58,820 nucleotides of DNA from Parcubacteria group bacterium GW2011_GWB1_40_14 (GTDB lineage: Bacteria; Patescibacteriota; Minisyncoccia; Terrybacterales; GWB1-40-14): assembly GCA_000996085.1 (NCBI GenBank), contig LBYG01000002.1, forward strand, positions 1 to 58,820, given 5' to 3'. The translations under genes and the position numbers were made by a program. The notes beneath the pieces are model-generated. The model had not been told where the DNA came from. It searched no databases and worked only from the letters and a program-made list of their open reading frames with translations. Positions 50,430 through 58,820 of this stretch are shown piece by piece; the first letter of the stretch is position 1, and each line of letters opens with the position of its first letter.

Positions 50430-50816
50430 ATGCCTCGTATCGCCGGAATAAATATTCCAGAAAATAAGAATATAGGGATCTCTCTTTGTTCTATATACGG
50501 TATCGGAAGAAACCGAGCTTTAAGTATTTTAAAAGCTACTCAGGTTAATCCCCAAAAACACGCCGGAGATCTATCTGCCGATGAGGTAGGCCGCATACGT
50601 GATTATATAGAAAAGAATTTCAGGGTTGAGGGGGAGTTAAGACAGGAAAGACTTACAAATATAAAATTACTCAGAGATATAGGCGCATACCGCGGCATTC
50701 GTCATGCTAAGCGTTTACCTGTCAGGGGACAGAGGACAAAAACTAATTCACGTACCATAAGAGGTAATGTTCGAAAAACCGTAGGAAGCGGAAGAAGAAA
50801 ATTAGAAAAGACATAA
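50430..50816 (+). CDS. rpsM: Ribosomal protein S13
   Basis: MPRIAGINIPENK..GIGRNRA.. Confidence 0.95.
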   Translation: MPRIAGINIPENKNIGISLCSIYGIGRNRALSILKATQVNPQKHAGDLSADEVGRIRDYIEKNFRVEGELRQERLTNIKLLRDIGAYRGIRHAKRLPVRGQRTKTNSRTIRGNVRKTVGSGRRKLEKT

Positions 50817-50842
50817 AATATAGAGATTTCTTTATTTAGATT

Positions 50843-51301
50843 ATGGGTAAGAAACATATAATATTAAAAACATCGGATGAACTGATTCGCGAACGCGAAG
50901 CGGTTGAGGCGCAAGTACAGAAAGCAGGAACAATTACTAAATCCGCAGCAAGAAAGACATCTAATGCGCAGGTGCATATTCTAGCTTCCTATAATAACGT
51001 TATTATTTCTCTTTCAGATGAGAACGGAAATGTTTTAGCGTGGTCTTCTTCCGGAACTCTAGGATTTCGCGGATCAAAAAAGGCTACGCCTTTTGCTGCC
51101 TCAAGAGTTGCCGAAGCAGTAGCTGAGAAGGGCAAAACTATGGGCGTTATAGGCGTCTCGGTTTTTGTAAAAGGTATCGGAAGCGGTAGAGAGTCGGCTA
51201 TAAGATCTTTGGCTTCGCATGGCTTGGATATACTATCTATCCATGACGTAACGCCTATACCTCATAATGGCCCTCGACCAAGAAAACCCAGAAGAGTATA
51301 A
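50843..51301 (+). CDS. rpsK: Ribosomal protein S11 (with an N-terminal extension)
   Basis: HILASYNNVIISLSDENGNVLAWSSSGTLGFRGSKKATPFAA. Confidence 0.95.
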   Translation: MGKKHIILKTSDELIREREAVEAQVQKAGTITKSAARKTSNAQVHILASYNNVIISLSDENGNVLAWSSSGTLGFRGSKKATPFAASRVAEAVAEKGKTMGVIGVSVFVKGIGSGRESAIRSLASHGLDILSIHDVTPIPHNGPRPRKPRRV

Positions 51302-51319
51302 TTTTAAGACCATTTAAGT

Positions 51320-51952
51320 ATGCCAGGACCAAAATGTAAAATTTGCAGACGAGCAGGACAAAAACTCTTCCTAAAAGCAGAGAGATGTTCCGGTGCAAAA
51401 TGTGGAGCTGTTAGACGTCCGTATCCTCCCGGTGTGCATGGGCAGAAATCACGTCGTTCAAATTCGGAATTCGGCAAACAGCTTGCGGAAAAATATAAAC
51501 TTGAAGCCGTTTATCAGATAGATGAGAAAGACTTGAAACATATTGTTGCGGTTGACCCGGTTAATTTAGCCAAGAAAAAAATGGAAATAACTGATGTGAT
51601 AGTAAATAGTTTAGAGTCGCGTCTTGATAATGTTGTTTTCAGATTAGGTATGGCCCCATCTAGAATTGTTGCGCGCCAGTATGTTTCTCATGGTCATATT
51701 TATGTAAATAACCGACGTGTTGATATTCCGTCCTCTAAAGTTAGATCCGGAGATGTGGTTTCCATAAGGCCGTCGAGCATGAAGCGCGGTCCATTCCAAA
51801 ATCTGTCTGCGCGGCTGGACAAACATACGCCGCCCGCATGGTTGGAAGTAGATAAACAAAGCTTAAAAGGAAAAGTCATCGGCATTCCAAGCAAGGAAAA
51901 TTTTGACGCCCCCGTAGATTTAAGTATGATAGTCGCATTTTATTCACGTTAA
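51320..51952 (+). CDS. rpsD: Ribosomal protein S4
   Basis: N-terminal Cys cluster CKICRR..C..C, S4 domain RLDNVVFRLG. Confidence 0.95.
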   Translation: MPGPKCKICRRAGQKLFLKAERCSGAKCGAVRRPYPPGVHGQKSRRSNSEFGKQLAEKYKLEAVYQIDEKDLKHIVAVDPVNLAKKKMEITDVIVNSLESRLDNVVFRLGMAPSRIVARQYVSHGHIYVNNRRVDIPSSKVRSGDVVSIRPSSMKRGPFQNLSARLDKHTPPAWLEVDKQSLKGKVIGIPSKENFDAPVDLSMIVAFYSR

Positions 51953-52029
51953 TTAAAAAGTGTTTAGTTTTGGGTGTTTAGTAATGTAACCAATTTACCT
52001 CTAAACACAGAATTCTAAATGCTAAAAAT

Positions 52030-52785
52030 ATGATATCTCTACCAACAAAACCAGTAATAATAAGTGAAGAGGGCAACAGCGCCATTTTTGAAATTACACA
52101 ACTTTATCCGGGATACGGCGTTACTTTAGGAAATGTTTTACGCCGCATATTATTGTCATCACTGCCGGGTGCAGCTGTTACAGAAGTAAAAATAAGGAAC
52201 GTCGAACATGAATTTACTACAATTCCGGGCGTAAAAGAAAATATTGTAGATATTTTACTTAATGTGAAAAAACTGAGATTTCGTGTACAGGGAGATGAAC
52301 CGCAAATCGTTAAAATTCAAGCAAAAGGAGAAGGAGCGGTTGCGGGAAAAGATATTGATTCGCCTAGTCAGATTACGGTTGTATCCAAAGATCAGCATAT
52401 CGCAACATTAACCGACAAAAAAGCAGAATTTTATATGGAATTAATTGTTGAAAACGGTATAGGTTATTTACCTGTTGAAATGAGAAAAAAAGAGAAACTT
52501 TCTGTTGGCACTATTGCAATTGATTCTATTTTTACTCCTGTGCGTAATGTTAATTTCTCGGTAGAAAATATGCGCGTAGGTGAGAGAACAGATTTTAATC
52601 GTTTGCGTTTAGAAATACAAACAGACGGAACCATTTCACCTCAAGATGCTGTAACGGAAGCAGCAACCATTTTAACGGAACAGGCAGCCACTATTGCCGG
52701 CTTGCAATTGCCTCCTAAGGAAGATGCAGCTGAAAACCTCAAAGTGACTTCGGTAAAAGAGAAAAAAGTTAAAAATAAAAAATAA
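52030..52785 (+). CDS. rpoA: RNA polymerase alpha subunit, N-terminal domain only (251 aa)
   Basis: Alpha-NTD motifs (GYGVTLGNVLRRILLSSLPGAA..). Ends in a Lys-rich tail with no HhH C-terminal domain. rplQ starts 2 nt later. Confidence 0.9.
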   Translation: MISLPTKPVIISEEGNSAIFEITQLYPGYGVTLGNVLRRILLSSLPGAAVTEVKIRNVEHEFTTIPGVKENIVDILLNVKKLRFRVQGDEPQIVKIQAKGEGAVAGKDIDSPSQITVVSKDQHIATLTDKKAEFYMELIVENGIGYLPVEMRKKEKLSVGTIAIDSIFTPVRNVNFSVENMRVGERTDFNRLRLEIQTDGTISPQDAVTEAATILTEQAATIAGLQLPPKEDAAENLKVTSVKEKKVKNKK

Positions 52786-52786
52786 T

Positions 52787-53134
52787 ATGCGTAAACGAAA
52801 AAGCGGAAGAAAATTTGGTCGGGAGAAAGATCAAAGGAACGCTCTCATGACACATTTGGCCGGCGCTTTGATCGCTAACGGTAAGATAAGAACGACCGAA
52901 GCTAAAGCTCGGGAATTGCGCCCCTATGTTGAGCGTTTAATTACTAAAGCAAGAAAAGGAAATTTGGCTACGCGTCGTGATCTTGGAAGATCTTTAACTC
53001 CCAGACAGGTTAAGGTTTTAGTGGATGATATTGCCCCAAAATTTACATCACGTCCGGGAGGTTATACACGTATAATTAAATTACCTTCACGCAAGAGTGA
53101 TGGAGCCAAACAAGCCATAATTGAACTTTTATGA
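52787..53134 (+). CDS. rplQ: Ribosomal protein L17
   Basis: RKFGREKDQRNALMTHLAGALI..TTEAKARELRPYVERLITKAR. Confidence 0.95.
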   Translation: MRKRKSGRKFGREKDQRNALMTHLAGALIANGKIRTTEAKARELRPYVERLITKARKGNLATRRDLGRSLTPRQVKVLVDDIAPKFTSRPGGYTRIIKLPSRKSDGAKQAIIELL

Positions 53135-53499
53135 TTAAGCAAAGAAAATCTGTTAAAATTGATGCAAGCGGAAGAGCTTTAGGACGGGTAGCTGTTGAGG
53201 CGGCAATGTTTTTGCGCGGAAAAGATGTCGCGGACTTTGCTCCACATTTAGATAACGGTGCTACGGTCGAAATAATAAATGCCGAAAAAATAGAATTTTC
53301 CAAAGAAAAACGCAGAGAAAAAAGTTACTGGCGCCATTCAGGTCATCTTGGCGGTATAAAATTTACTTCTGCAGAATATTTATGGGAAAAAGATCCCACA
53401 GATGTTTTAAGACGAGCTATTTATGGCATGTTGCCGGGTAATCGTTTGCGGGCAAATATGATGCGCCGATTAAAAATATATACAGGAGAGAATAAATAA
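53131..53499 (+). CDS. rplM: Ribosomal protein L13 (short N-terminus)
   Basis: IDASGRALGRVAVEAAMFLRGK..YWRHSGHLGGIK. ATGA overlap with rplQ. Confidence 0.9.
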   Translation: MIKQRKSVKIDASGRALGRVAVEAAMFLRGKDVADFAPHLDNGATVEIINAEKIEFSKEKRREKSYWRHSGHLGGIKFTSAEYLWEKDPTDVLRRAIYGMLPGNRLRANMMRRLKIYTGENK

Positions 53500-53504
53500 T
53501 AACT

Positions 53505-54029
53505 ATGGTTAAAAAAACCGTTACAACCAAAACCGTAAAACGAGCTAAGCCAACTTCAGTTAAAGCGAAAAAGGCTAAGTTAAAAAGCGAGACAGAAGAG
53601 ATTCTGCCCGTAGAAGTAAGTAAAGAAACAGAAGAAAATAAGGTTTTAGGCGAAGATAAAGCAAAGGAAAGATATTTTGCTGCTGTTGGAAGGAGAAAGA
53701 CAGCTATAGCTCGGGTTCGTTTATATACAAAAGGGGATAAAAATATAACAATAAATGACAAGGCTATAGGCGATTATTTTAACAGAAATATGGAGTTTTC
53801 TACTTTGGCCTCTGCCGCTTTAAATCGCATGAAAGTTATGGATAAATTCAGAGCAGTTATCAGGGTTTCCGGTGGGGGACTTCATTCACAGGCTGAAGCT
53901 GTAAGACATGCTACAGCTCGCGCTTTAGTAGAATTTAATCCTGATTTTCGCAAGCGTCTCAAGCGCGCTGGATTTTTGACACGCGATTCCCGTATGGTTG
54001 AGCGCAAAAAATATGGAATTTTATTTTAG
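53505..54029 (+). CDS. rpsI: Ribosomal protein S9 with a ~45-aa Lys-rich N-terminal extension and a truncated C-terminal tail
   Basis: GRRKTAIARVRL..GGGLHSQAEAVRHATARAL..GFLTRDSRMVERKKYG, then ILF* in place of the KARR..QFSKR tail. Confidence 0.85.
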   Translation: MVKKTVTTKTVKRAKPTSVKAKKAKLKSETEEILPVEVSKETEENKVLGEDKAKERYFAAVGRRKTAIARVRLYTKGDKNITINDKAIGDYFNRNMEFSTLASAALNRMKVMDKFRAVIRVSGGGLHSQAEAVRHATARALVEFNPDFRKRLKRAGFLTRDSRMVERKKYGILF

Positions 54030-54041
54030 GGATATAAAGCC

Positions 54042-54072
54042 AAAGAACCCCGACGTAACGTCGGGGTTCTTT
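54042..54072. terminator. Bidirectional terminator AAAGAACCCCGACG-taa-CGTCGGGGTTCTTT
   Basis: 14-bp stem between convergent rpsI and the PEGA-domain gene. Confidence 0.8.
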
Positions 54073-54086
54073 TTATTTTTTAAACT

Positions 54087-55493
54087 TTAAAAAGATAACA
54101 ATCCGCTTATTTTTGGGATAGAAAATAAGAACAATCCTTGACTGTTAAGCGCGATAATTTCTCTGTTACTTTTAGTTTCTTGGACTTTAATATAATTATT
54201 CAATAATAATCCGCCGTTTCGTTTCACTTCATTATTTAATTCTATTATTTGCAGAGAAGCGTCATACTCAAATAATAAATGTTCGTTTTGGGGATGCCAC
54301 CAAGAATTGGAAATGCGGCCGCTTAATCTGGTAATTAATTCTAGTGTTTTGGCTTCCCGTTTGGGCGCAAAAGTTTCTTTTATAAAATATACATATATTT
54401 CATTTGGGGAAATAAGCATTAATTTTTCACTATCGGGAGAGAATTGCGCGGACAATACATTTTGAGCTATATGGTCAAAAGATTGAGTTTGTGGGTTGAA
54501 TATCCATAGAGTTTCTGCGTCTATTTCACGTATCGCGAAGGAGTCTTCCGAATTGTCCGTTATTAGTTCTATATTGCCGTCCGTCTCTAGGGATAAAGAA
54601 GATTTAGATATTTGTCTCAGACCGGAACCATCTGGCTTTATTCTCCAAAGAATATATTGTTGATCAATGAAATAAACATTGTCTTGGCTTATCGCAAATG
54701 TTTTAATTTTGCGGACCAATTCACGTGTTTTGGTTGAGGCATCTGTTTTATTTGTAAGCTCCACGCTTATTAATGTGGAGAGATTATCAATATTTTTGTT
54801 GATGGTGCCGATTATAAATTTTTCATTATCGATCAAGATCTTAGGATTATTCAGTGTCGGAATATTAATGCCCGAAGTGGGCTGCTCTTCGTTCATATTC
54901 ATAAATACTACAAGGTTGTTGCTTTGCGGCGTTTGTTTGGTTAGAACAATACTATTATCACCGGACCAAGCAAAGGGGAGAATTAAAAGTTTGTTCTCTA
55001 TCATTTTTCCTTTTTGGCGATTCCATAGGTTAATTTTTTTATCTTTTTGCTGTATAGCTATAATATTTCCGTCTGGGGAAGCAAAAAAATCTGTTATTCC
55101 ACCGAATTGTTCGCTAAATAAAAGATAGTTCGTTTTTATTTCTTTGGGCAGAAGAAGTATGTTTAGGAAGCGGTTTGTTTGCTGCGGTTCTACGCGCATT
55201 TCTTTTTCCCAGAATAAAAAACCGTCCTTTTCAATTCGTATTTTTTTAATACCCGGTAAAATATTGTTTATGAGTACGCTTGAGGATATAGGCGAGGTTG
55301 TTTTTTGGAGTTCGTTATTAATAAATATTTTAGCTTCGCGTACGTTCATGTTTAAAAAAATAGCTCCGGTCTGGACCAGCTTTTTTTCAGAAAAAGAAAA
55401 GCGCCATCCATTCGCATATAGCACCATTGTCGAGGCTGCTATTGTAAAAATGAAGATGAATACGCCAAGTAGTATAAATCTTATACGGGACAT
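54087..55493 (-). CDS. Membrane-anchored PEGA-domain and beta-propeller-like protein
   Basis: N-terminal TM helix. PEGA-like segment AKIFINNELQKTT..LPGIKKIRIEKDGFLFWEKEMRV. The TolB/WD40-like C-terminus is an inference. Confidence 0.6.
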   Translation of the reverse strand: MSRIRFILLGVFIFIFTIAASTMVLYANGWRFSFSEKKLVQTGAIFLNMNVREAKIFINNELQKTTSPISSSVLINNILPGIKKIRIEKDGFLFWEKEMRVEPQQTNRFLNILLLPKEIKTNYLLFSEQFGGITDFFASPDGNIIAIQQKDKKINLWNRQKGKMIENKLLILPFAWSGDNSIVLTKQTPQSNNLVVFMNMNEEQPTSGINIPTLNNPKILIDNEKFIIGTINKNIDNLSTLISVELTNKTDASTKTRELVRKIKTFAISQDNVYFIDQQYILWRIKPDGSGLRQISKSSLSLETDGNIELITDNSEDSFAIREIDAETLWIFNPQTQSFDHIAQNVLSAQFSPDSEKLMLISPNEIYVYFIKETFAPKREAKTLELITRLSGRISNSWWHPQNEHLLFEYDASLQIIELNNEVKRNGGLLLNNYIKVQETKSNREIIALNSQGLFLFSIPKISGLLSF

Positions 55494-55655
55494 GTTTTTA
55501 ATTATATCTTGTTAATAGCTTTTTAAGCCAGTATTAAATGTATCTTAGTAACCTTTAGCGCGCTGATTCTATTTTTGTATCATATGGCTTAACTTGTCAA
55601 AAACCCTTAATTAAGTTATCATTTTTGATGTTAAGTCAACTTAAAATATTAATGC

Positions 55656-56924
55656 ATGGCAGGACGTTTTATCATAAAAGGCGGGAAACCTCTAAATGGG
55701 GATATTTCTGTTTGGGGTTCTAAAAATTCAGCAACTAAATTAATAGCTGCCTGTCTTCTTACAGCGGAAACTTGTTATATTGAAAATGTTCCCAAAATAG
55801 CAGATGTTCTGACAATGATAAAGATTTTGGAAGAATTAGGCGCTGAAGTAAAATGGACTTCGGAACGTTCACTTGAAATTACTGCAGCCAATATTGACCC
55901 GTCAAAATTAAATAAAGAATTGGTCGGACATCTGCGTTCGTCTATTGTTTTATTGGGTCCTCTTTTTGCACGATTTGGAGAGGTTAAATCTACTTATCCG
56001 GGCGGTGACAGGATAGGGGCGCGACCCATAACCACGCATTTAAATGTTTTCCGGGCATTCGGTGCGGAAATTACCGAGGAATCGGACGGTATAACTATTA
56101 AAAAAGTTAAAGAGCCCGGGAACACAAAAATAGTTTTGCGGGAATTATCTGTTACGGCTACTGAAAATGCGTTGATGGCTGCCAGCGGCAATCTGGAAGA
56201 AACAAAAATTCATATTGCTGCCGCGGAACCAAGCGTTCAAGACCTTATTTCTTTTTTGAGAAGTATGGGAGTTCAAATTTCCGGCGAAGGCACGCATACG
56301 CTTGTTGTCCGAGGAAAGAAAGATCTTGGAGGCGGACGGTTAAAAGTAAGCCCGGATTATCTGGATGCTGCGACTTTTGTTATTGCCGCAGTAGCAACCA
56401 AAGGAAATGTCCGTATTTACGATGCGCAACCCGAACATCTTTTGTTGGTTTTTGAAAAATTAAAAGAAATGGGCGCAAATATATCTATAGAAAACGAGGT
56501 TATAGAAATTCATCCCACTTCGGCGCCACTGCGCGCTTTAAATATACAGGCTATGGTTTATCCCGGTATCCCTACCGATTTACAATCTATTTTCGGGGTG
56601 CTAGCTACACAGAATATAGGTACCACCTTGATTCATGACCCGCTTTTTGAAGGTCGATTTCGTTATATTGAAGAATTAAATCGTATGGGTGCTAATGCCT
56701 TTGTTATAGATCCGCACCGTGCTTTAATTAATGGGCCAACAGCTTTAATTGGCGTACCGATAAATAGCCTTGATATAAGAAGCGGGGCCGCATTGGTAAT
56801 AGCCGGATTGGTTGCAAATGGCGAAACTTTGATTAATGATACTTATCAGGTGGACAGAGGATATGAAAGAATGGATGAAAGATTAAAATCTTTAGGCGCA
56901 GATATAGAAAGAATAAAAGAATAA
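55656..56924 (+). CDS. murA: UDP-N-acetylglucosamine 1-carboxyvinyltransferase MurA (Asp at the catalytic Cys position)
   Basis: GSKNSATKLIAACLLT. Loop YPGGDRIGARPITTHL. Full-length EPSP-synthase fold. Confidence 0.92.
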   Translation: MAGRFIIKGGKPLNGDISVWGSKNSATKLIAACLLTAETCYIENVPKIADVLTMIKILEELGAEVKWTSERSLEITAANIDPSKLNKELVGHLRSSIVLLGPLFARFGEVKSTYPGGDRIGARPITTHLNVFRAFGAEITEESDGITIKKVKEPGNTKIVLRELSVTATENALMAASGNLEETKIHIAAAEPSVQDLISFLRSMGVQISGEGTHTLVVRGKKDLGGGRLKVSPDYLDAATFVIAAVATKGNVRIYDAQPEHLLLVFEKLKEMGANISIENEVIEIHPTSAPLRALNIQAMVYPGIPTDLQSIFGVLATQNIGTTLIHDPLFEGRFRYIEELNRMGANAFVIDPHRALINGPTALIGVPINSLDIRSGAALVIAGLVANGETLINDTYQVDRGYERMDERLKSLGADIERIKE

Positions 56925-56943
56925 CAATCAAGTTTAAAATTTT

Positions 56944-57998
56944 ATGTTTATTAAGAAAATAGGAATAGACCTCGGAACAACCAATTCGTTAGTATTTGTC
57001 CCCGGACGCGGGATCATTTTGAATGAACCTACGGTGGTTGCTATCTCCACATCAGATAATACTGTTTTGGCTGTTGGCGCTGAGGCAAAAGATATGATCG
57101 GTCGCACTCCAGATACTATAGTTGCTCATCGTCCTATGAAAGACGGAGTGATTTCGGATTATCGTATCACGGCAGCCATGCTTAGATATTTTATAGGTAA
57201 GGCAACGGGCTCTTTTAGGATTTTGAGACCGGACGTAATGGTTTCAGTTCCTGCCGGTTTAGGATTTTGAGACCGGACGTAATGGTTTCAGTTCCTGCCG
57301 GTATTACCTCTACAGAACGTCGAGCAGTTACCGAAGCTGCGGTACATGCCGGAGCCAAAGGAGCCTATGTCGTTAAAGAGCCCATATTGGCTGCTATAGG
57401 GGCTGGTTTGCCTATTAATTCAGCATCTGGAAATATGATCGTAAATATCGGTGGCGGTACAAGTGAAGTGGCGGTCATAGCATTGGGAGGAATAGTTAGT
57501 TGGGCTTCGGTTCGTGTTGCGGGAAATAAGATCGATCATGCCATAACCGACTATATTAAGAAAAAACATAATTTGGCTATAGGTGAGCGTACCGCCGAGT
57601 ATATTAAAGTAACCATAGGCAGCGCAGTATCTGAGAAAGGAAAAGAAGATAGTATGGAGATCCGTGGTCGGGATTTATTAAACGGTTTGCCTCGTACTAT
57701 AGTGATCAAATCAAGTGAAATTACTGATGCGATAGCCGAAACCCTTCGTGAAATAATTCAAGCAGTTAAAGCTGTTTTACGGGAAACTCCTCCTGAATTA
57801 GCCGCAGATATAATAGAACGCGGCATGACTATTTCAGGCGGCACTGCGCTTTTACGTAATTTAGACCAGCTAATAACCTCATCTACAGGCGTTCAGGCTA
57901 TAGTTGCAGAAGAGCCGCTGCTTTGTGTCGCAAAAGGAACGGGTGTTGCCCTGGAAAACTTAGATGTTTATAAAAAGAGTATAATTACCAGAAAATAG
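56944..57998 (+). pseudogene. mreB: Rod-shape protein MreB interrupted by a 44-bp tandem duplication
   Basis: GIDLGTTNS.. and ..NIGGGTSEVAVI... The ORFs 56944..57270 and 57267..57998 rejoin into one 336-aa MreB if one 44-bp unit is removed. Confidence 0.85.
57214..57301 (+). repeat. Perfect 44-bp tandem duplication (2 units)
   Basis: TTTAGGATTTTGAGACCGGACGTAATGGTTTCAGTTCCTGCCGG at 57214-57257 and again at 57258-57301. Confidence 0.95.
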
Positions 57999-58004
57999 TT
58001 CATC

Positions 58005-58820
58005 ATGACTATTGGTATTCATGCCGAAGCTGATTTGCTTGCCCAGCGTACAGGTGTGAGCGATATTTTTAGTAAAAAAGAATTAAAATGGCCCATGGTA
58101 TGGACACAGATCAGGTTGGCCTTTGAGTGTTTAATATATCCTCCGGATATTCTATTTGTTCCGGCGCAAATCCCGCCGTTTTTTTCTAACGTCAAAACGG
58201 TTATTACCGTTCACGGGTTGGAATTTTTGCGATATCCGGCTAAGTACCCTTTGTTCAAAAGAAAGTATCTTTATTGGGGAACTAAAATTGCCTGTAAAAG
58301 AGCAGCTGCAATAATTGCCGTATCTGAATCAACAAAAAAAGACTTGATGCATTATCTTGATGTGCCAGAAAATAAGATTACAGTTATTTATCATGGTTTT
58401 TCTGGGTCTTCGAACGATATAGCGGTTAAATCTATTTTTGAGTGGCCATATTTTATTTATATAGGCAGGGTTGAAACCAAAAAAAATATAGACGGATTAA
58501 TAAAAAGCTTTACTCTTTTTAAAGCAAAGACCGGATATGCGCATAAATTAGTTTTGGCCGGCAAACGAGGTTTCGGTTTTGAGAAAATATCGTCAATTGT
58601 TGCTAAATCGGAATATAAAGACGATATAATTTTTACGGGCTATGTAGACGAAAAAACCAAATTTGATCTTTTAAAACATGCTGCGGCTTTAGTATTTCCT
58701 TCATGGTATGAAGGTTTCGGATTTCCTATTTTAGAAGCGCAAAGTACGGGGACCGCAGTAATTACCAGCGATGTTTCCAGTATGGGTGAAGTTTCCGGAG
58801 ATGGTGCTATACTGATTAAT
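58005..58820 (+). CDS. Glycosyltransferase family 4 (GT-B), partial at window edge
   Basis: Hand translation from ATG 58005 is open to the window end and finishes ..EGFGFPILEAQSTGTAVITSDVSSMGEVSGDGAILIN (GT1/GT4 C-terminal motif). Confidence 0.8.
   Translation, partial: MTIGIHAEADLLAQRTGVSDIFSKKELKWPMVWTQIRLAFECLIYPPDILFVPAQIPPFFSNVKTVITVHGLEFLRYPAKYPLFKRKYLYWGTKIACKRAAAIIAVSESTKKDLMHYLDVPENKITVIYHGFSGSSNDIAVKSIFEWPYFIYIGRVETKKNIDGLIKSFTLFKAKTGYAHKLVLAGKRGFGFEKISSIVAKSEYKDDIIFTGYVDEKTKFDLLKHAAALVFPSWYEGFGFPILEAQSTGTAVITSDVSSMGEVSGDGAILIN

Noticed and set aside
53990-54040. A frameshift or stop-codon read-through as the explanation for the short S9 C-terminus.
   Set aside because: Neither alternative frame nor read-through of the TAG yields the KARR..QFSKR tail. 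A terminator hairpin follows immediately.
1-58820. A CRISPR array.
   Set aside because: The repeated elements are dispersed, inverted-arm structures at gene junctions. They are not regularly spaced direct repeats with unique spacers, and no cas genes are present.

Overview
Gene-dense, AT-rich bacterial contig with very few Shine-Dalgarno sequences. The housekeeping proteins are reduced (RpoA without a C-terminal domain, short AlaRS and HrcA), there are giant secreted proteins and no biosynthetic operons. This suggests a Patescibacteria/CPR-like genome, which is an inference. Non-CDS coordinates were counted by hand and may be off by about 2 nt.

Gene content, left to right:
- A cluster of secreted or surface proteins: a frameshifted M23 peptidase, a PQQ-type sugar dehydrogenase, a lysyl-oxidase-like protein, PgeF, a 1975-aa adhesin-like protein and an M6-like metalloprotease.
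- A sensor kinase, secDF, rplU, recR, dnaB, cysS and corA.
- A CIRCE-controlled hrcA-grpE-dnaK-(membrane protein)-dnaJ operon.
- tRNA-Lys(UUU) next to a GC-rich large serine recombinase, a 1605-aa beta-helix/M6-protease protein and a 259-aa partner.
- A sigma-region-4/HARE-HTH protein, a membrane protein and a VirD4/HerA-like ATPase with a zinc ribbon.
- A deoxyribosyltransferase-like/adenylate-kinase fusion, mnmA, alaS and a degenerate ftsA-like gene with a membrane partner.
- infA-rpmJ-rpsM-rpsK-rpsD-rpoA-rplQ-rplM-rpsI, a PEGA/beta-propeller protein, murA, a disrupted mreB and a partial GT4 glycosyltransferase.

The most unusual signal is in the intergenic DNA:
1. A ~130-140-nt element with 20-nt inverted arms and TATG flanks sits exactly between a stop codon and the next start codon. 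There are three copies.
2. A related family has CCCGTTAGA...TCTAACGGG arms whose closing helix covaries between copies. There are four copies plus a solo arm.
3. A two-hairpin element overlaps the start codons of grpE, dnaK and dnaB and shows compensatory changes.
4. Two GC-rich regions look like structured RNAs, and there is a 211-nt near-perfect palindrome.

Other notable points are a lysyl-oxidase homologue, a ~40-aa module shared by three secreted proteins, a 44-bp tandem duplication that breaks mreB, a truncated S9 tail and a MurA Cys-to-Asp change.
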